Assembly: GCA_039801285.1 (NCBI GenBank)
Contig: JBDRUJ010000001.1
Span: 1 to 38,614 of the forward strand
Direction of reading: 5' to 3'
Length of the DNA: 38,614 nt
Source: a candidate division WOR-3 bacterium
Lineage (GTDB): Bacteria > Hydrothermota > Tepidihabitantia > Tepidihabitantales > Tepidihabitantaceae
In this document: in pieces, positions 9,670 to 18,843 of the stretch
Layout of the letters: each line of letters begins with the position of its first letter
How positions within the stretch are numbered: position 1 is the first letter of the stretch
The notes under the pieces: generated by a model
The model's input: the letters and a program-made list of their open reading frames with translations, nothing else
What the model was told of the DNA's origin: nothing
Database searches by the model: none
Program-made: the position numbers and the translations under genes

Positions 9670-10026
9670 GAAAAAAACTATTTCTGTTCCAAGAGATTGC
9701 TGGGGACGCTTCTCGGTTTTTTGTCTTCTGTCCGGCAACTTACTGGGCCGGTTCATTCATCACACTCGAATCCTACCCCGTCCTCTCCTTAGTGTCAGAC
9801 CATCCTATATTTGTTTCAAAACACCGTTCCCAGAGTGTGGCGATATTGAGTGCCGGTAGCAAGTCCCCAGTCCTGAAAGCGGCAGGAAGCTGCCGTACTC
9901 CAAAATCACGCCTCAGGGTGGTAACGAACGATTGACCACATACCAGAGTGTCCTGCGTCAAGCGGTCACCTCGGGTGAAATGAAGGACAATCATCAATTA
10001 GAATCCTTTGGAGTTACATTTCCCAA

Positions 10027-10494
10027 TCAGTCGCGCCTGAGAACCAGGAAGCGGCGGGGAACGGCTGAGAGGGGAAGGACAAGGTCGAGAGTGCGGGCGA
10101 CCGACAGGCCGAGTTTCTGAAGGAGCGGGCCGAAGGGCTCGTCAGGAGCGGCGGGACTCTTGTAGAGGACAATTGAACCGTCGGGCTTTGCGTGGCGGGC
10201 GAGGTGTTTGAGCGTCTTGCGGAGCGGGCCGGTGAGGCGGCTGAGGACAATGTCGCAGCCGAGTGGGGCTAGTGACTCGGAGCGTCCGCACACAACTTCG
10301 GTGTTGGCCAGTCCGATTTCCTTCACGGCGAGTGTCAGGAACCGACATTTCTTCTGAGTCGATTCGACGAGAATCATGTGGGTGTCGGAACGGACGGTTG
10401 CCAGTGGGATTCCGGGCAGGCCGGCGCCGGTGCCGATGTCGCAGCAGCGGGCACCGGTCGGGATGAACTGGGCCGCTGCGAGAGAGTCAATCAT
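10027..10494 (-). CDS. rsmG: 16S rRNA (guanine527-N7)-methyltransferase RsmG (GidB); the coding region very likely extends upstream to about 10650
   Basis: SAM-binding motif DIGTGAGLPGIPLA is present. The same frame upstream of the first ATG reads ...FREACATLGLDLTEGRYRLLIKYADLLTDWNSRINLISRRDTHRILTYH-MIDSL, which matches the conserved RsmG N-terminal helices. It contains no ATG, GTG or TTG. Confidence 0.85.
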   Translation of the reverse strand: MIDSLAAAQFIPTGARCCDIGTGAGLPGIPLATVRSDTHMILVESTQKKCRFLTLAVKEIGLANTEVVCGRSESLAPLGCDIVLSRLTGPLRKTLKHLARHAKPDGSIVLYKSPAAPDEPFGPLLQKLGLSVARTLDLVLPLSAVPRRFLVLRRD

Positions 10495-10663
10495 ATGATA
10501 GGTAAGGATGCGGTGGGTGTCTCTGCGGGAGATGAGGTTTATCCGGCTGTTCCAGTCGGTAAGAAGGTCAGCATATTTGATGAGCAGCCGATAACGGCCT
10601 TCAGTCAGGTCGAGGCCGAGGGTAGCGCATGCCTCGCGGAAGGCCGAGAAGTCAGGCCGGTGA

Positions 10664-11629
10664 CTACCGACACTGCCCGGCGCCGGGCTGGTCTTTGATA
10701 TAGACGTTGGTTTCGAGGTACTGATGGAAGTCGGTCCACTTGATGCCCGGGTGCTTCTCGACCACCTCCCGGAACATCATCACTCGTGAGTCAAGGTTGT
10801 CCAGAGCATAGACGATGAAGGCCTCGACAAACTTTGGCGTCTTGGGCGAGCCGAACTCGAGATGGCCGTGATGGCTGAGGATGATGTGCAAAAGCATCCG
10901 GGCCAGCTCCTCGGGGAAGTCTTTACTTGCGGCGATTTTCTCCTTGACCATCTCGTAGCCGAGGACGATGTGGCCGATGAGCCGGCCATCCAGAGTGTGG
11001 TCAATGGCAACATCATAGCAGTATTCCTTTATCTTGCCGACATCGTGGAGAATTACACCGGTCATGAGCAGGTCGCGGTCAATCTCAGGATAGGTGGCGG
11101 CAACCGACCGGGCAAGGCGGCACATGAAGAGGGTGTGCTCCAAGAGTCCGCTGAGGTAATCGTGGTGAACCTGCGCGCCACCCGGAGCCATTGAGAAGCG
11201 CTCGACAAACCGGGTATCGTCAAAGAAGGCGGTAAGCAGCTGGAGGAGATTGGGATTTTTGACCTCGGCGATGTAATTGCGCAGTTCGGCCAGCATCTCC
11301 TTGGGGTCAAAACGGCTGGCGGTAAGAAAGTCATCGCGGGAGAGCTCGGACTTGTCGGCCGGCCAGATGAGGCTGATATTAAGCTGAGGGTTGCCTTGAT
11401 AGTCGCCAACTCTGCCCTGAACATGATAGAAGCCGCCGGTTTCAACACAGGCCAGGGCATCCTCAATCCGTTCCCAGATGATGGCGTTGATGGTTCCGGT
11501 CCTGTCCTTGAGCTCCAGGGTCAGAAACTGGCCGCCGTCGCGCCTTTCTTTTACATCGCGCCGGGTACAGAGGAAGATGTCGTTGACCAGGACTCCGACC
11601 TTGAGGTCTTTGACGAACTGACGCTTCAT
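10664..11629 (-). CDS. OB-fold plus HD-domain 3'-5' exoribonuclease, YhaM-like
   Basis: 321-aa ORF. The N-terminal OB-fold-like segment is VGVLVNDIFLCTRRDVKERRDGGQFLTLELKDRTGTINAII. The HD motifs are LLEHTL...ILHDVGKI...LSHHG. Confidence 0.75.
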   Translation of the reverse strand: MKRQFVKDLKVGVLVNDIFLCTRRDVKERRDGGQFLTLELKDRTGTINAIIWERIEDALACVETGGFYHVQGRVGDYQGNPQLNISLIWPADKSELSRDDFLTASRFDPKEMLAELRNYIAEVKNPNLLQLLTAFFDDTRFVERFSMAPGGAQVHHDYLSGLLEHTLFMCRLARSVAATYPEIDRDLLMTGVILHDVGKIKEYCYDVAIDHTLDGRLIGHIVLGYEMVKEKIAASKDFPEELARMLLHIILSHHGHLEFGSPKTPKFVEAFIVYALDNLDSRVMMFREVVEKHPGIKWTDFHQYLETNVYIKDQPGAGQCR

Positions 11630-11641
11630 CAGGTCCTTGGA

Positions 11642-12544
11642 CTAGAGGGCGAAGGAGAGGGAGATGCGGTGTGCCAGACCGAGTTGGAGCATCGGCACGA
11701 AGCAGTAGTCGAGCTGGTAGTTACGATAACGGACACCCAGGCCGGTGGTGATACCGGCGAGAATATCGTCGCCAGCTCCGGACTGGAGGTCGGAACCAAG
11801 CGTATTATAGCCGACGCGCAGCACGAGCAACTCGGCCACCCAGCCTTCGATACCGGCCCGCACCCCGATGCGGTTGTCCAGCGATTTGTGAAGGTCAAGG
11901 GCCAGGTTGAGTGATGGATTGGGTCGATAGCCGAGACCGATGGCGAAGTCCATTGGCATAGGGTCGCGTTCGGTCTGAAATGGCCGGAGCTGGAAGCCGA
12001 GGTTGGTGGCGGCAAGGCCGGCGGTCATGCCGGTAAGGGGCAGTTCGTAGGTTAGGCCCAAATTACCCGCAAGCCCGATGGTGTAGAATGTATCAATTGA
12101 GCCGTAGAGTCCCTGAAGGGCAACTCCTGCCGAAAGTTTCGGGATAGGCTCCAGCGCGCCACTGATGTTCACATCAGCATAGGAAACACCGAAGGTGCCC
12201 AGCTCGTTACCCTGTTCGTCGGTCCGCTTCATCCTGCCAGAGTTGAGATAGACAATGCCCAGGCCAACTCCCCGTCCCGGACCCAACGGCTGAGAATAGG
12301 CAAGGGAGCCAAGGTGGATTCCGGCAATATAGTTGCAATAGCCAAGATGGGCCTGAGGGGAGCTGCTGGCGGTCAGGTGGGCCGGACTGAACCAGAAGGA
12401 CATGGCACCGTCACCAGAGCCGGTTGCAGCTCCGGCCATTGCCGCTTCGCGAGCGGTCGGGGTGATGTGCAGGAAGTCGAAACCCGCAGTGCCGACATTT
12501 GGGTCAATCGTGACCACACTCAGGGCTAGAAGGAGTGATATCAT
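11642..12544 (-). CDS. Outer-membrane beta-barrel protein, PorV/PorQ-like (T9SS-associated)
   Basis: 300-aa ORF with a signal peptide. The N-terminal motif GTAGFDFLHITPTAREAAMAGAATG resembles the PorV/PorQ family signature. It has alternating beta-strand-like composition and ends in an aromatic-rich terminal strand (ISLSFAL). Confidence 0.5.
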   Translation of the reverse strand: MISLLLALSVVTIDPNVGTAGFDFLHITPTAREAAMAGAATGSGDGAMSFWFSPAHLTASSSPQAHLGYCNYIAGIHLGSLAYSQPLGPGRGVGLGIVYLNSGRMKRTDEQGNELGTFGVSYADVNISGALEPIPKLSAGVALQGLYGSIDTFYTIGLAGNLGLTYELPLTGMTAGLAATNLGFQLRPFQTERDPMPMDFAIGLGYRPNPSLNLALDLHKSLDNRIGVRAGIEGWVAELLVLRVGYNTLGSDLQSGAGDDILAGITTGLGVRYRNYQLDYCFVPMLQLGLAHRISLSFAL

Positions 12545-12609
12545 GATAAGTTAGGTTATGCGGGATGGCGGTTTTGTCAAGCTAAACCTCAGCACAGGGC
12601 TAGGTGATG

Positions 12610-12637
12610 TTGACAGTGCGGCGCGTTGCCTTAGAAT
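12610..12637 (+). promoter_or_regulatory. Sigma70-type promoter candidate for the yebC-ruvCAB operon
   Basis: TTGACA at 12610-12615, a 16-nt spacer, and TAGAAT at 12632-12637, about 80 nt upstream of yebC. Confidence 0.4.
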
Positions 12638-12719
12638 ATAGCCAAACGATTGTTGTGCGGTCTGAACGAGCGAAATCAATACCCTGCCCGGAGATTGGTC
12701 CGGGCCAAGGAGGACATTT

Positions 12720-13481
12720 ATGTCTGGACATTCTAAATGGGCGACCATCAAGCATAAGAAGAGCAAGGCCGATGCCGCCCGCGGCCGGGCCTTCTCCAAA
12801 CTGATTCGAGAGATTACCACCGCGGCCCGAATCGGCGGCGGCGACCCCGACGGCAACCCCCGATTGCGCACTGCAATTGAGGCAGCACGCGCAATAAACA
12901 TGCCGCAGGAGAATATTGACCGGGCAATCAAGCGGGGCACCGGCGAGCTGCCCGGTGTTACCTACGAAGAGGTGACTTACGAGGGTTATGCGCCGGGCGG
13001 GGTGGCGCTGCTGGTGCGGGTCCTGACCGATAACAAGAACCGGACAACCGCCGAGGTCCGGCATGTCTTCGATAAATACGGTGGCTCGATGGGTGCGGCG
13101 GGCTGCGTGGCTTGGCAGTTCAAACCCCGGGGCGTGATTGTGATTGACCGGGAAAAGGCGGATGAGGATTCGGTCCTGGCCGCAGCACTGGAGGCCGGTG
13201 CCGATGATGTCCAGACCGATGCCGCCGGTTTCACGGTGCTCACACCCCCTGAGGCACTGGAAAAGGTGAAGCAGCAGCTCGAGGCGGCAGGCATCAAGTG
13301 GGAGCGGGCCGAGCTCTCAATGATTGCCCAGAACACCGTGCCCGTCTCGGAGCAGGACGCACCCAAAGTCCTCAAGCTTATCGAGATGCTCGAAGAGCTG
13401 GATGAGGTCCAGCAGGTCTATGCCAACTTCGACATTCCGGATGAGGTTTTGGAACGGGTAGCGGCCGCGACAAGCAGTTGA
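12720..13481 (+). CDS. yebC: YebC/PmpR-family DNA-binding transcriptional regulator
   Basis: 253-aa ORF starting MSGHSKWATIKHKKSKADAARG, the invariant YebC N-terminus. An RBS (AAGGAGGA) lies upstream. Confidence 0.95.
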   Translation: MSGHSKWATIKHKKSKADAARGRAFSKLIREITTAARIGGGDPDGNPRLRTAIEAARAINMPQENIDRAIKRGTGELPGVTYEEVTYEGYAPGGVALLVRVLTDNKNRTTAEVRHVFDKYGGSMGAAGCVAWQFKPRGVIVIDREKADEDSVLAAALEAGADDVQTDAAGFTVLTPPEALEKVKQQLEAAGIKWERAELSMIAQNTVPVSEQDAPKVLKLIEMLEELDEVQQVYANFDIPDEVLERVAAATSS

Positions 13482-13942
13482 GAATCCTCGGGCTTGACCC
13501 CGGACTGGCCGCCACCGGTTACGGCGTGATTGAGGGCCGACGGCTGATTGAGTGCGGCGTAATTGTGACTAATCTCAAGGACGACCTTCCGGAACGATTG
13601 CGGCAGTTGGCCCAGGGGCTGGAACAGGTCGTCAGGCGCACGAGGCCGAGGCGTTGCGCGGTCGAAACGCTGTTCTTCAGGGCGGTGGGCGCAAAGAGTG
13701 TCATTCTCTCGGCCGAGTCACGCGGGGCGCTGCTCTGTGTCCTGGCCCGGCACCGGATACCGGTCACCGAGCTTACTCCAGCGACAATCAAGCTGGCACT
13801 TACCGGTAACGGTCGGGCAGCGAAGCGACAGGTGAAGTTCATGGTTCGGTCACTTTTGGGCATTGATGGCAGGATTCATGAGCATGCGGCCGATGCCCTG
13901 GCGGCAGCCTGCTGTCTGAGCCGGCGGGGAAGAGAGATATGA
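13478..13942 (+). CDS. ruvC: Crossover junction endodeoxyribonuclease RuvC
   Basis: (M)RILGLDPGLAATGYGVIE... is a RuvC N-terminus with the catalytic Asp. The TTG start overlaps the yebC stop (TTGA). Confidence 0.93.
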   Translation: MRILGLDPGLAATGYGVIEGRRLIECGVIVTNLKDDLPERLRQLAQGLEQVVRRTRPRRCAVETLFFRAVGAKSVILSAESRGALLCVLARHRIPVTELTPATIKLALTGNGRAAKRQVKFMVRSLLGIDGRIHEHAADALAAACCLSRRGREI

Positions 13943-14499
13943 TTGGACGGCTGAGCGGAATCTTGAAGGAGAAGGAGCCAACCCGGGTGGTCATTGACTG
14001 CTCCGGTATCGGTTTTGAGGTTCATGTGCCGCTCTCCACCTCAAGCCGGCTGCCCGAACCGGGTCAGGAGACAGAACTTCTGATTGCGATGGATATCACC
14101 AGAGAAGGGGTGAGCCTCTTCGGGTTTTTCGAAGAGGCGGAGCGGAGGATGTTCCGACTTATAACCTCGGTGCGCGGGGTGGGGCCAAAGGCTGCGCTGA
14201 ACCTGCTCTCCCGGCTCTCGCCGGATGAGATTGGGGGGGTTATTGCCCGGCGGGATGTTGCGGTGCTGCGCACTGTGCCCGGTATCGGGCCGAAGAAGAT
14301 TGAGCGGCTTCTGGCCGAACTGGAACCGGTGACCAGAGAGGTTTCAGCGGCCAGCTCGATGATAAGCGATGGCATAGCAGCACTGGTATCGCTAGGGCTG
14401 ACCCGGAAGGAGGCGGTCGAAAGGCTCGGTCGGGTGAAGATAACACCGGGCATGACCCTTCAGGAGTTACTGAGGATTACCTTGGCCCAGCCAAGGTAA
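13939..14499 (+). CDS. ruvA: Holliday junction branch migration complex subunit RuvA
   Basis: MIGRLSGILKEKEP... with two helix-hairpin-helix motifs (VRGVGPKAALNLL, VPGIGPKKIERL). It overlaps ruvC by 4 nt. Confidence 0.93.
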   Translation: MIGRLSGILKEKEPTRVVIDCSGIGFEVHVPLSTSSRLPEPGQETELLIAMDITREGVSLFGFFEEAERRMFRLITSVRGVGPKAALNLLSRLSPDEIGGVIARRDVAVLRTVPGIGPKKIERLLAELEPVTREVSAASSMISDGIAALVSLGLTRKEAVERLGRVKITPGMTLQELLRITLAQPR

Positions 14500-14505
14500 G
14501 AGAAT

Positions 14506-15537
14506 ATGGTTCAGATTGAGCGGGTCTCCTCTCCCCAGCGGCTCAAGGGTGAGGAGCTCCTGGACGAGGAGATTAGGCCCCGGCGTCTGGATGAGTTCAT
14601 CGGCCAGACCAAGGTCAAGGAGAATCTCAGGGTCTTTATTGAGGCGGCCAAGATGCGGAACGAGGCCCTTGAGCATGTGCTGCTCTTCGGGCCGCCCGGT
14701 CTGGGAAAGACGACCCTGGCCCGCATCATCGCCGCTGAGATGGGAAGCGAGATAAGGGCAAGTTCCGGCCCGGTACTGGAACGTCCCGTTGACCTTGCCG
14801 GCATCCTCACCGGCCTCAGACCGAAGGACGTTTTCTTTATTGATGAGGTCCACCGAACCAACAAGGCGGTTGAGGAGTACCTCTACCCGGCCCTGGAGGA
14901 GTTTGCCATTGACCTGATGATTGATAAGGGGCCGGCCGCCCGCTCTGAGAGGATTCGGCTTGCCAACTTCACTCTGGTCGGTGCCACCACCCGTTCCGGG
15001 CTGCTGACAGCACCACTGCGCTCAAGGTTCGGGATAACATTCCGGCTGGACTACTATCCGACTGACGAGCTCTACCAGATTGTCATCCGCAGCGCCCGGA
15101 TTCTCGGGGTTGAGATTGACGAAGATGGTGCCAAAGAGATTGCCGCAAGGGCACGGGGAACGCCCAGAATCGCCAACCGGCTCCTGCGCCGGGTCCGGGA
15201 TTTTGCTCAGGTCCAGAAGAAAAAGGTGGTGGACAAGGAAATCACCCAGTTTGCCCTCGCCAAGCTCGATGTCGACTCGCGGGGCCTCGATGAAATGGAT
15301 AAGAAGATTCTTTTGACCATCATTGACAAGTTCTCCGGCGGCCCGGTCGGGCTCTCCTCTTTGGCAGTGGCGGTGGGCGAGGATGCCGGGACGATTGAGG
15401 AAGTGTTTGAGCCGTTTCTGGTGCAAGAGGGGTTTCTGCAACGGACGCCAAGAGGCCGGATGGCAACACCTTTGGCTTACAGACACTTCGGGAGAAGGCC
15501 ACCGCAGGCAATCCTGCCCGGTCTCGACCTTGCTTGA
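14506..15537 (+). CDS. ruvB: Holliday junction branch migration DNA helicase RuvB
   Basis: 343-aa AAA+ protein with Walker [12 protein letters not shown], Walker B FIDEVH and the arginine finger region [15 protein letters not shown]. Confidence 0.97.
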   Translation: MVQIERVSSPQRLKGEELLDEEIRPRRLDEFIGQTKVKENLRVFIEAAKMRNEALEHVLLFGPPGLGKTTLARIIAAEMGSEIRASSGPVLERPVDLAGILTGLRPKDVFFIDEVHRTNKAVEEYLYPALEEFAIDLMIDKGPAARSERIRLANFTLVGATTRSGLLTAPLRSRFGITFRLDYYPTDELYQIVIRSARILGVEIDEDGAKEIAARARGTPRIANRLLRRVRDFAQVQKKKVVDKEITQFALAKLDVDSRGLDEMDKKILLTIIDKFSGGPVGLSSLAVAVGEDAGTIEEVFEPFLVQEGFLQRTPRGRMATPLAYRHFGRRPPQAILPGLDLA

Positions 15538-15570
15538 CATCAAGAGCCGGTCTGATTCAATTACCTGGTC

Positions 15571-17208
15571 ATGCCTCTGGTCAACCTGACAGCTTTACTT
15601 TTGCTCCTGTCGGGAGTTGGTTCGAGCGAGCGGACCGCAGACCTCACCGGGCCAGTGCCGGTGTCAGCTCTTGAGCCTGAGCTGGCGGAGCTGAACCGGC
15701 AGTTTGAGGCGGCTCTCGCAGCCGGAGAGTTCGGTCTTGCCAAGGAGCTCGACCGGGAGATGAGCCGGTTTCGGACCGGGGTCCAAGCCCATTTCGGTCA
15801 ATCGCCCTGGGAAGCAGCCGGAAAGCCGCCTGTTGTTGCGGCCTGGGGGGAGGACATTGCCATTGACACTCTGCCCATTACTGCATTTGGTGCTGCCAGC
15901 GGTCCTGACGGCCTCATCTGGGTGGCAGCCGGCTATCCCGACAGCACGGTCCGGCTCTACTCCTCATCGGACCGGGGGGAGAACTGGGCCGGCCGACTGC
16001 AGCTCGCGGTCGGTTCCCGGGTCAGAAAGCTTGAGCTCCTCATCGGCAATGCCGACTCCAACTTCATCTTTCTCTTCTACCTAGCCGAATTGGGTAATGG
16101 CGACCTCTGGGAGGTCCGGATTCGCCCTGACATTTCGGATTGGGATGCGGTCCCGGTGAACACCGGGCCCGACACAATAGATGACTTCTCGGTGACGATT
16201 GACCGCGATTCGGCCTATTATCTCTACTGTCTTTATGTGAATGAACAGCGGATTGGTCGAACCGGTTTCTTCACACGTTCACTCGACTACGGCCTTTCCT
16301 GGGAGGCGGGCCAGGACTGGTGGAATGCCTATGACCCGCACATCAGTTTCGGAACCGGCTCAACGATTCACTGTGTCTGGCGCTACGCCCTGACCGGCCG
16401 CCAGATTCACTACGAGTCAAGCCGTCATTACGGAGCTCCAGCCCACTGGGGCCGGCATAAGGTGATGAACAATTCCAGCGAACGTTGCTGGGACCCGGTT
16501 GTCGTCCAGTCCGAAACCCTGCCTCAGACATCCTCGGTCGTCCTGGTTTTCTACACAATCGCCCGCCGGGATACCGAGATGCTCGATTTGGAATATTCCT
16601 TCAGCTGGGACGGTGGTGAAAACTGGGCAACCGGCCAGCCCTTTGGCGATTCTTTTGCTGATGAGTGGTTTGCCGACCTTGCGGTTGACCGAAATGACCC
16701 GAACGACTTTGTTGACATCTGCTACAACTACGGCGGCAGGCGGCCTGATGATGCGACCGTGGTCTATTGGCGCTGTGCCCGGTTCGGGGATATCGGGTTC
16801 TGGTCCGAGCCCATTCAGGTGAATGGCCCTAGGGCCAATCCCCTCTATGAAAGCGGCCGGCCCAGACTGGTCTATTCCGGCACCCATCAGCCGCGGGGCC
16901 CAGGTGTGGTTTTCTGTCGCTACAATGCCACCGGCCCGCTCGGACTCTACTTTGATGCCACCTGGCAGAGAGCAAGGCCGGTGCCGAGTGCCGGTCGGAA
17001 GTTGTCGTCCGTCATTCGGGAGTCGGAAGCGGGCAAACGGGTATCGGTCTATAATGTTGCCGGCCGCTTGGTCATGAGGGGGGCGGTCTCTCAGCTCGAG
17101 CCGACTCAGGGGCTGTCGCTTACGCCCGGGATTTATTTTATCCATAGGTCAGAAGAGGGGCGGCCGGCGGTCAGGCGTCTGGTAATATGTCGCCGAGATT
17201 CCCGATGA
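15571..17208 (+). CDS. Secreted BNR/Asp-box repeat protein (sialidase-like propeller) with a T9SS C-terminal sorting domain
   Basis: Signal peptide, then Asp-box motifs SSSDRGENWA, SLDYGLSWE and FSWDGGENWA. The C-terminal tail is VSVYNVAGRLV...GIYFIHR. Confidence 0.7.
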   Translation: MPLVNLTALLLLLSGVGSSERTADLTGPVPVSALEPELAELNRQFEAALAAGEFGLAKELDREMSRFRTGVQAHFGQSPWEAAGKPPVVAAWGEDIAIDTLPITAFGAASGPDGLIWVAAGYPDSTVRLYSSSDRGENWAGRLQLAVGSRVRKLELLIGNADSNFIFLFYLAELGNGDLWEVRIRPDISDWDAVPVNTGPDTIDDFSVTIDRDSAYYLYCLYVNEQRIGRTGFFTRSLDYGLSWEAGQDWWNAYDPHISFGTGSTIHCVWRYALTGRQIHYESSRHYGAPAHWGRHKVMNNSSERCWDPVVVQSETLPQTSSVVLVFYTIARRDTEMLDLEYSFSWDGGENWATGQPFGDSFADEWFADLAVDRNDPNDFVDICYNYGGRRPDDATVVYWRCARFGDIGFWSEPIQVNGPRANPLYESGRPRLVYSGTHQPRGPGVVFCRYNATGPLGLYFDATWQRARPVPSAGRKLSSVIRESEAGKRVSVYNVAGRLVMRGAVSQLEPTQGLSLTPGIYFIHRSEEGRPAVRRLVICRRDSR

Positions 17209-17219
17209 CGGCCCCTTCT

Positions 17220-17330
17220 GTCATTTCGACCGAGCGAAGCGAGTGGCGAAATCCCTTTCTTTTCAGGCTAAGGGATTCCTCGACTTCGTTCGGAATGACG
17301 GAGAGGAGGCGGAATGACGGAGAGGAGGCG
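17220..17330. repeat. Intergenic hairpin repeat, copy B, with an internal 19-nt tandem duplication
   Basis: GTCATTTCGACCGAGCGAAGCGAGTGGCGAAATCCC (17220-17255) and GGGATTCCTCGACTTCGTTCGGAATGAC (17272-17299). CGGAATGACGGAGAGGAGG is repeated exactly at 17291-17309 and 17310-17328. Confidence 0.65.
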
Positions 17331-17348
17331 ATTTGAAAGGAGGAGAGC

Positions 17349-17984
17349 ATGAGACTCAATACTCAAAGTTTGGGGTTTGAGGTTCGACGCTGGCGCCGGG
17401 CGTCGGGCCTCGGGCTAATGGCGTTCATCGGTGCCCTGGTTCTGATTGGCGGCAGGTGTCAGGAAAAACTGCCGGAGCGGCAATGGGAGCGGGGTGACTT
17501 CCATCCGATTGGCGGCAAGCCCTACCGCCTGCCTTCGGGTCTGGAAGTCCAGAGTATCGTCGGCGCCGACTCCGAAATCACCACCTCACTGCTCCCTTTG
17601 GTCTGGACGGTGCGCAACATCACCGATAAACGGATCAGCGGTCAGATGCCGGCCGGGCTCTGCTTTGACCCGTCCGACCACGAGTACCAGTATATGATGC
17701 TTCTGCAGGAGTTCGGCTTCACAGTCCCGGCCAGCGGGGAGACCGCAATCTTTCTTCCCACCTACTGCTGCAACGAAGCGCTGGACGAACCGGACGAAGA
17801 GGCCAGCTACAGCTTGAGCATTCAGGTCTGGGAGCGGGAGCTGAATGAACTCTTTGACCTGGTCCGGGGGAAGAGGCTTGACAATCTGGCGGCTGTCGAC
17901 CTCGCCCAGGAGGCGCTGTTTGAGATTACCGATGGCGAAGGGCTCACCGACACGATGCGTCTCAGACTCCAGAATCTCCCCTGA
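17349..17984 (+). CDS. Hypothetical secreted or lipoprotein-like protein
   Basis: 211-aa ORF with a hydrophobic N-terminal segment (LGLMAFIGALVLIGGRC). No recognisable catalytic motif. Confidence 0.55.
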   Translation: MRLNTQSLGFEVRRWRRASGLGLMAFIGALVLIGGRCQEKLPERQWERGDFHPIGGKPYRLPSGLEVQSIVGADSEITTSLLPLVWTVRNITDKRISGQMPAGLCFDPSDHEYQYMMLLQEFGFTVPASGETAIFLPTYCCNEALDEPDEEASYSLSIQVWERELNELFDLVRGKRLDNLAAVDLAQEALFEITDGEGLTDTMRLRLQNLP

Positions 17985-17995
17985 GCGGTCAGTAT

Positions 17996-18024
17996 TTGAC
18001 ACCAGAGAAAGGCAGGGGTAGATT
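17996..18024 (+). promoter_or_regulatory. Sigma70-type promoter candidate for parAB (geometry implies a leaderless transcript)
   Basis: TTGACA at 17996-18001, a 17-nt spacer, and TAGATT at 18019-18024. The parA ATG is at 18031, only 6 nt after the -10, and there is no Shine-Dalgarno sequence. Confidence 0.4.
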
Positions 18025-18030
18025 TGGCTG

Positions 18031-18843
18031 ATGGCAAACCGGTTGGCTGTCTGCAACCAGAAGGGCGGCTGCGGCAAGACCACCACCGCGGTCAACCTTG
18101 CGGCCGGCATCGCCCAGCGCATCGGCCGGGTGCTTTTGGTGGACATGGACCCTCAGGCTCACGCCACATTGGGCCTGGGGGTTGACCGGTCTCTTCTTGA
18201 GGTCTCGGTCTATGAGGCGCTGGTGGAGGCGCAGCGGGTGGAGGAAGCAATCTTACGGGAGCGGGCCCCGGGGCTTGACCTTTTGCCCGGTGCGGTGAAT
18301 CTTGCGGGTGCTGAGGTGGAGCTGGTTGATGCCGAACACCGGGAGTTCCGGCTGAGCCGGGCGCTCGGCCTGATTGAACCGAACTACAGCTTCATCATTA
18401 TTGACTGTCCGCCTTCGCTGGGACTTTTGACCCTGAACAGCCTGGTCGCCGCCCAGCGGGTGATTGTGCCGGTCCAGGCCGAGTACTACGCCCTGGAAGG
18501 AATCTCCCGGCTTCTTGACACCATCAGTCTGGTGCGCCGCAGCCTGAATCCGACCCTGGACATTGAAGGGGTGCTCATCACGATGTTCTCGAGCCGGCTG
18601 ACACTCTGTCAGCAGGTGGTTCGAGAGGTTCGGGAGTTTTTCAAGGAGCTGGTGTTTGATACGGTGATTCCGCGCAGTGTCCGGCTCGCCGAGGCCCCAA
18701 GCTTTGGCAAGACAATCTTCTCCTATGACGGCAATTCGGCCGGAGCCCTGGCCTACCGGGCACTTGCCGATGAACTGCTCTCCCGTCGCGGCCTGCTACC
18801 CGAAGCGGCCCGAACCCCGGTCCCATCGGAGGAGCCGCAGTGA
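18031..18843 (+). CDS. parA: Chromosome partitioning ATPase ParA/Soj
   Basis: Deviant Walker A NQKGGCGKTTTAVNLA, and typical ParA length (270 aa). Confidence 0.95.
   Translation: MANRLAVCNQKGGCGKTTTAVNLAAGIAQRIGRVLLVDMDPQAHATLGLGVDRSLLEVSVYEALVEAQRVEEAILRERAPGLDLLPGAVNLAGAEVELVDAEHREFRLSRALGLIEPNYSFIIIDCPPSLGLLTLNSLVAAQRVIVPVQAEYYALEGISRLLDTISLVRRSLNPTLDIEGVLITMFSSRLTLCQQVVREVREFFKELVFDTVIPRSVRLAEAPSFGKTIFSYDGNSAGALAYRALADELLSRRGLLPEAARTPVPSEEPQ

Noticed and set aside
9663-9935. A 90-aa plus-strand ORF, along with neighbouring short ORFs, in the 9670-10026 gap between the islet promoter and rsmG.
   Set aside because: There is no RBS, the composition is odd (Ser/Phe/Leu-rich) and there is no recognisable motif. 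It starts inside the divergent promoter region. I treat it as non-coding, though the ~350-nt gap itself is unexplained.
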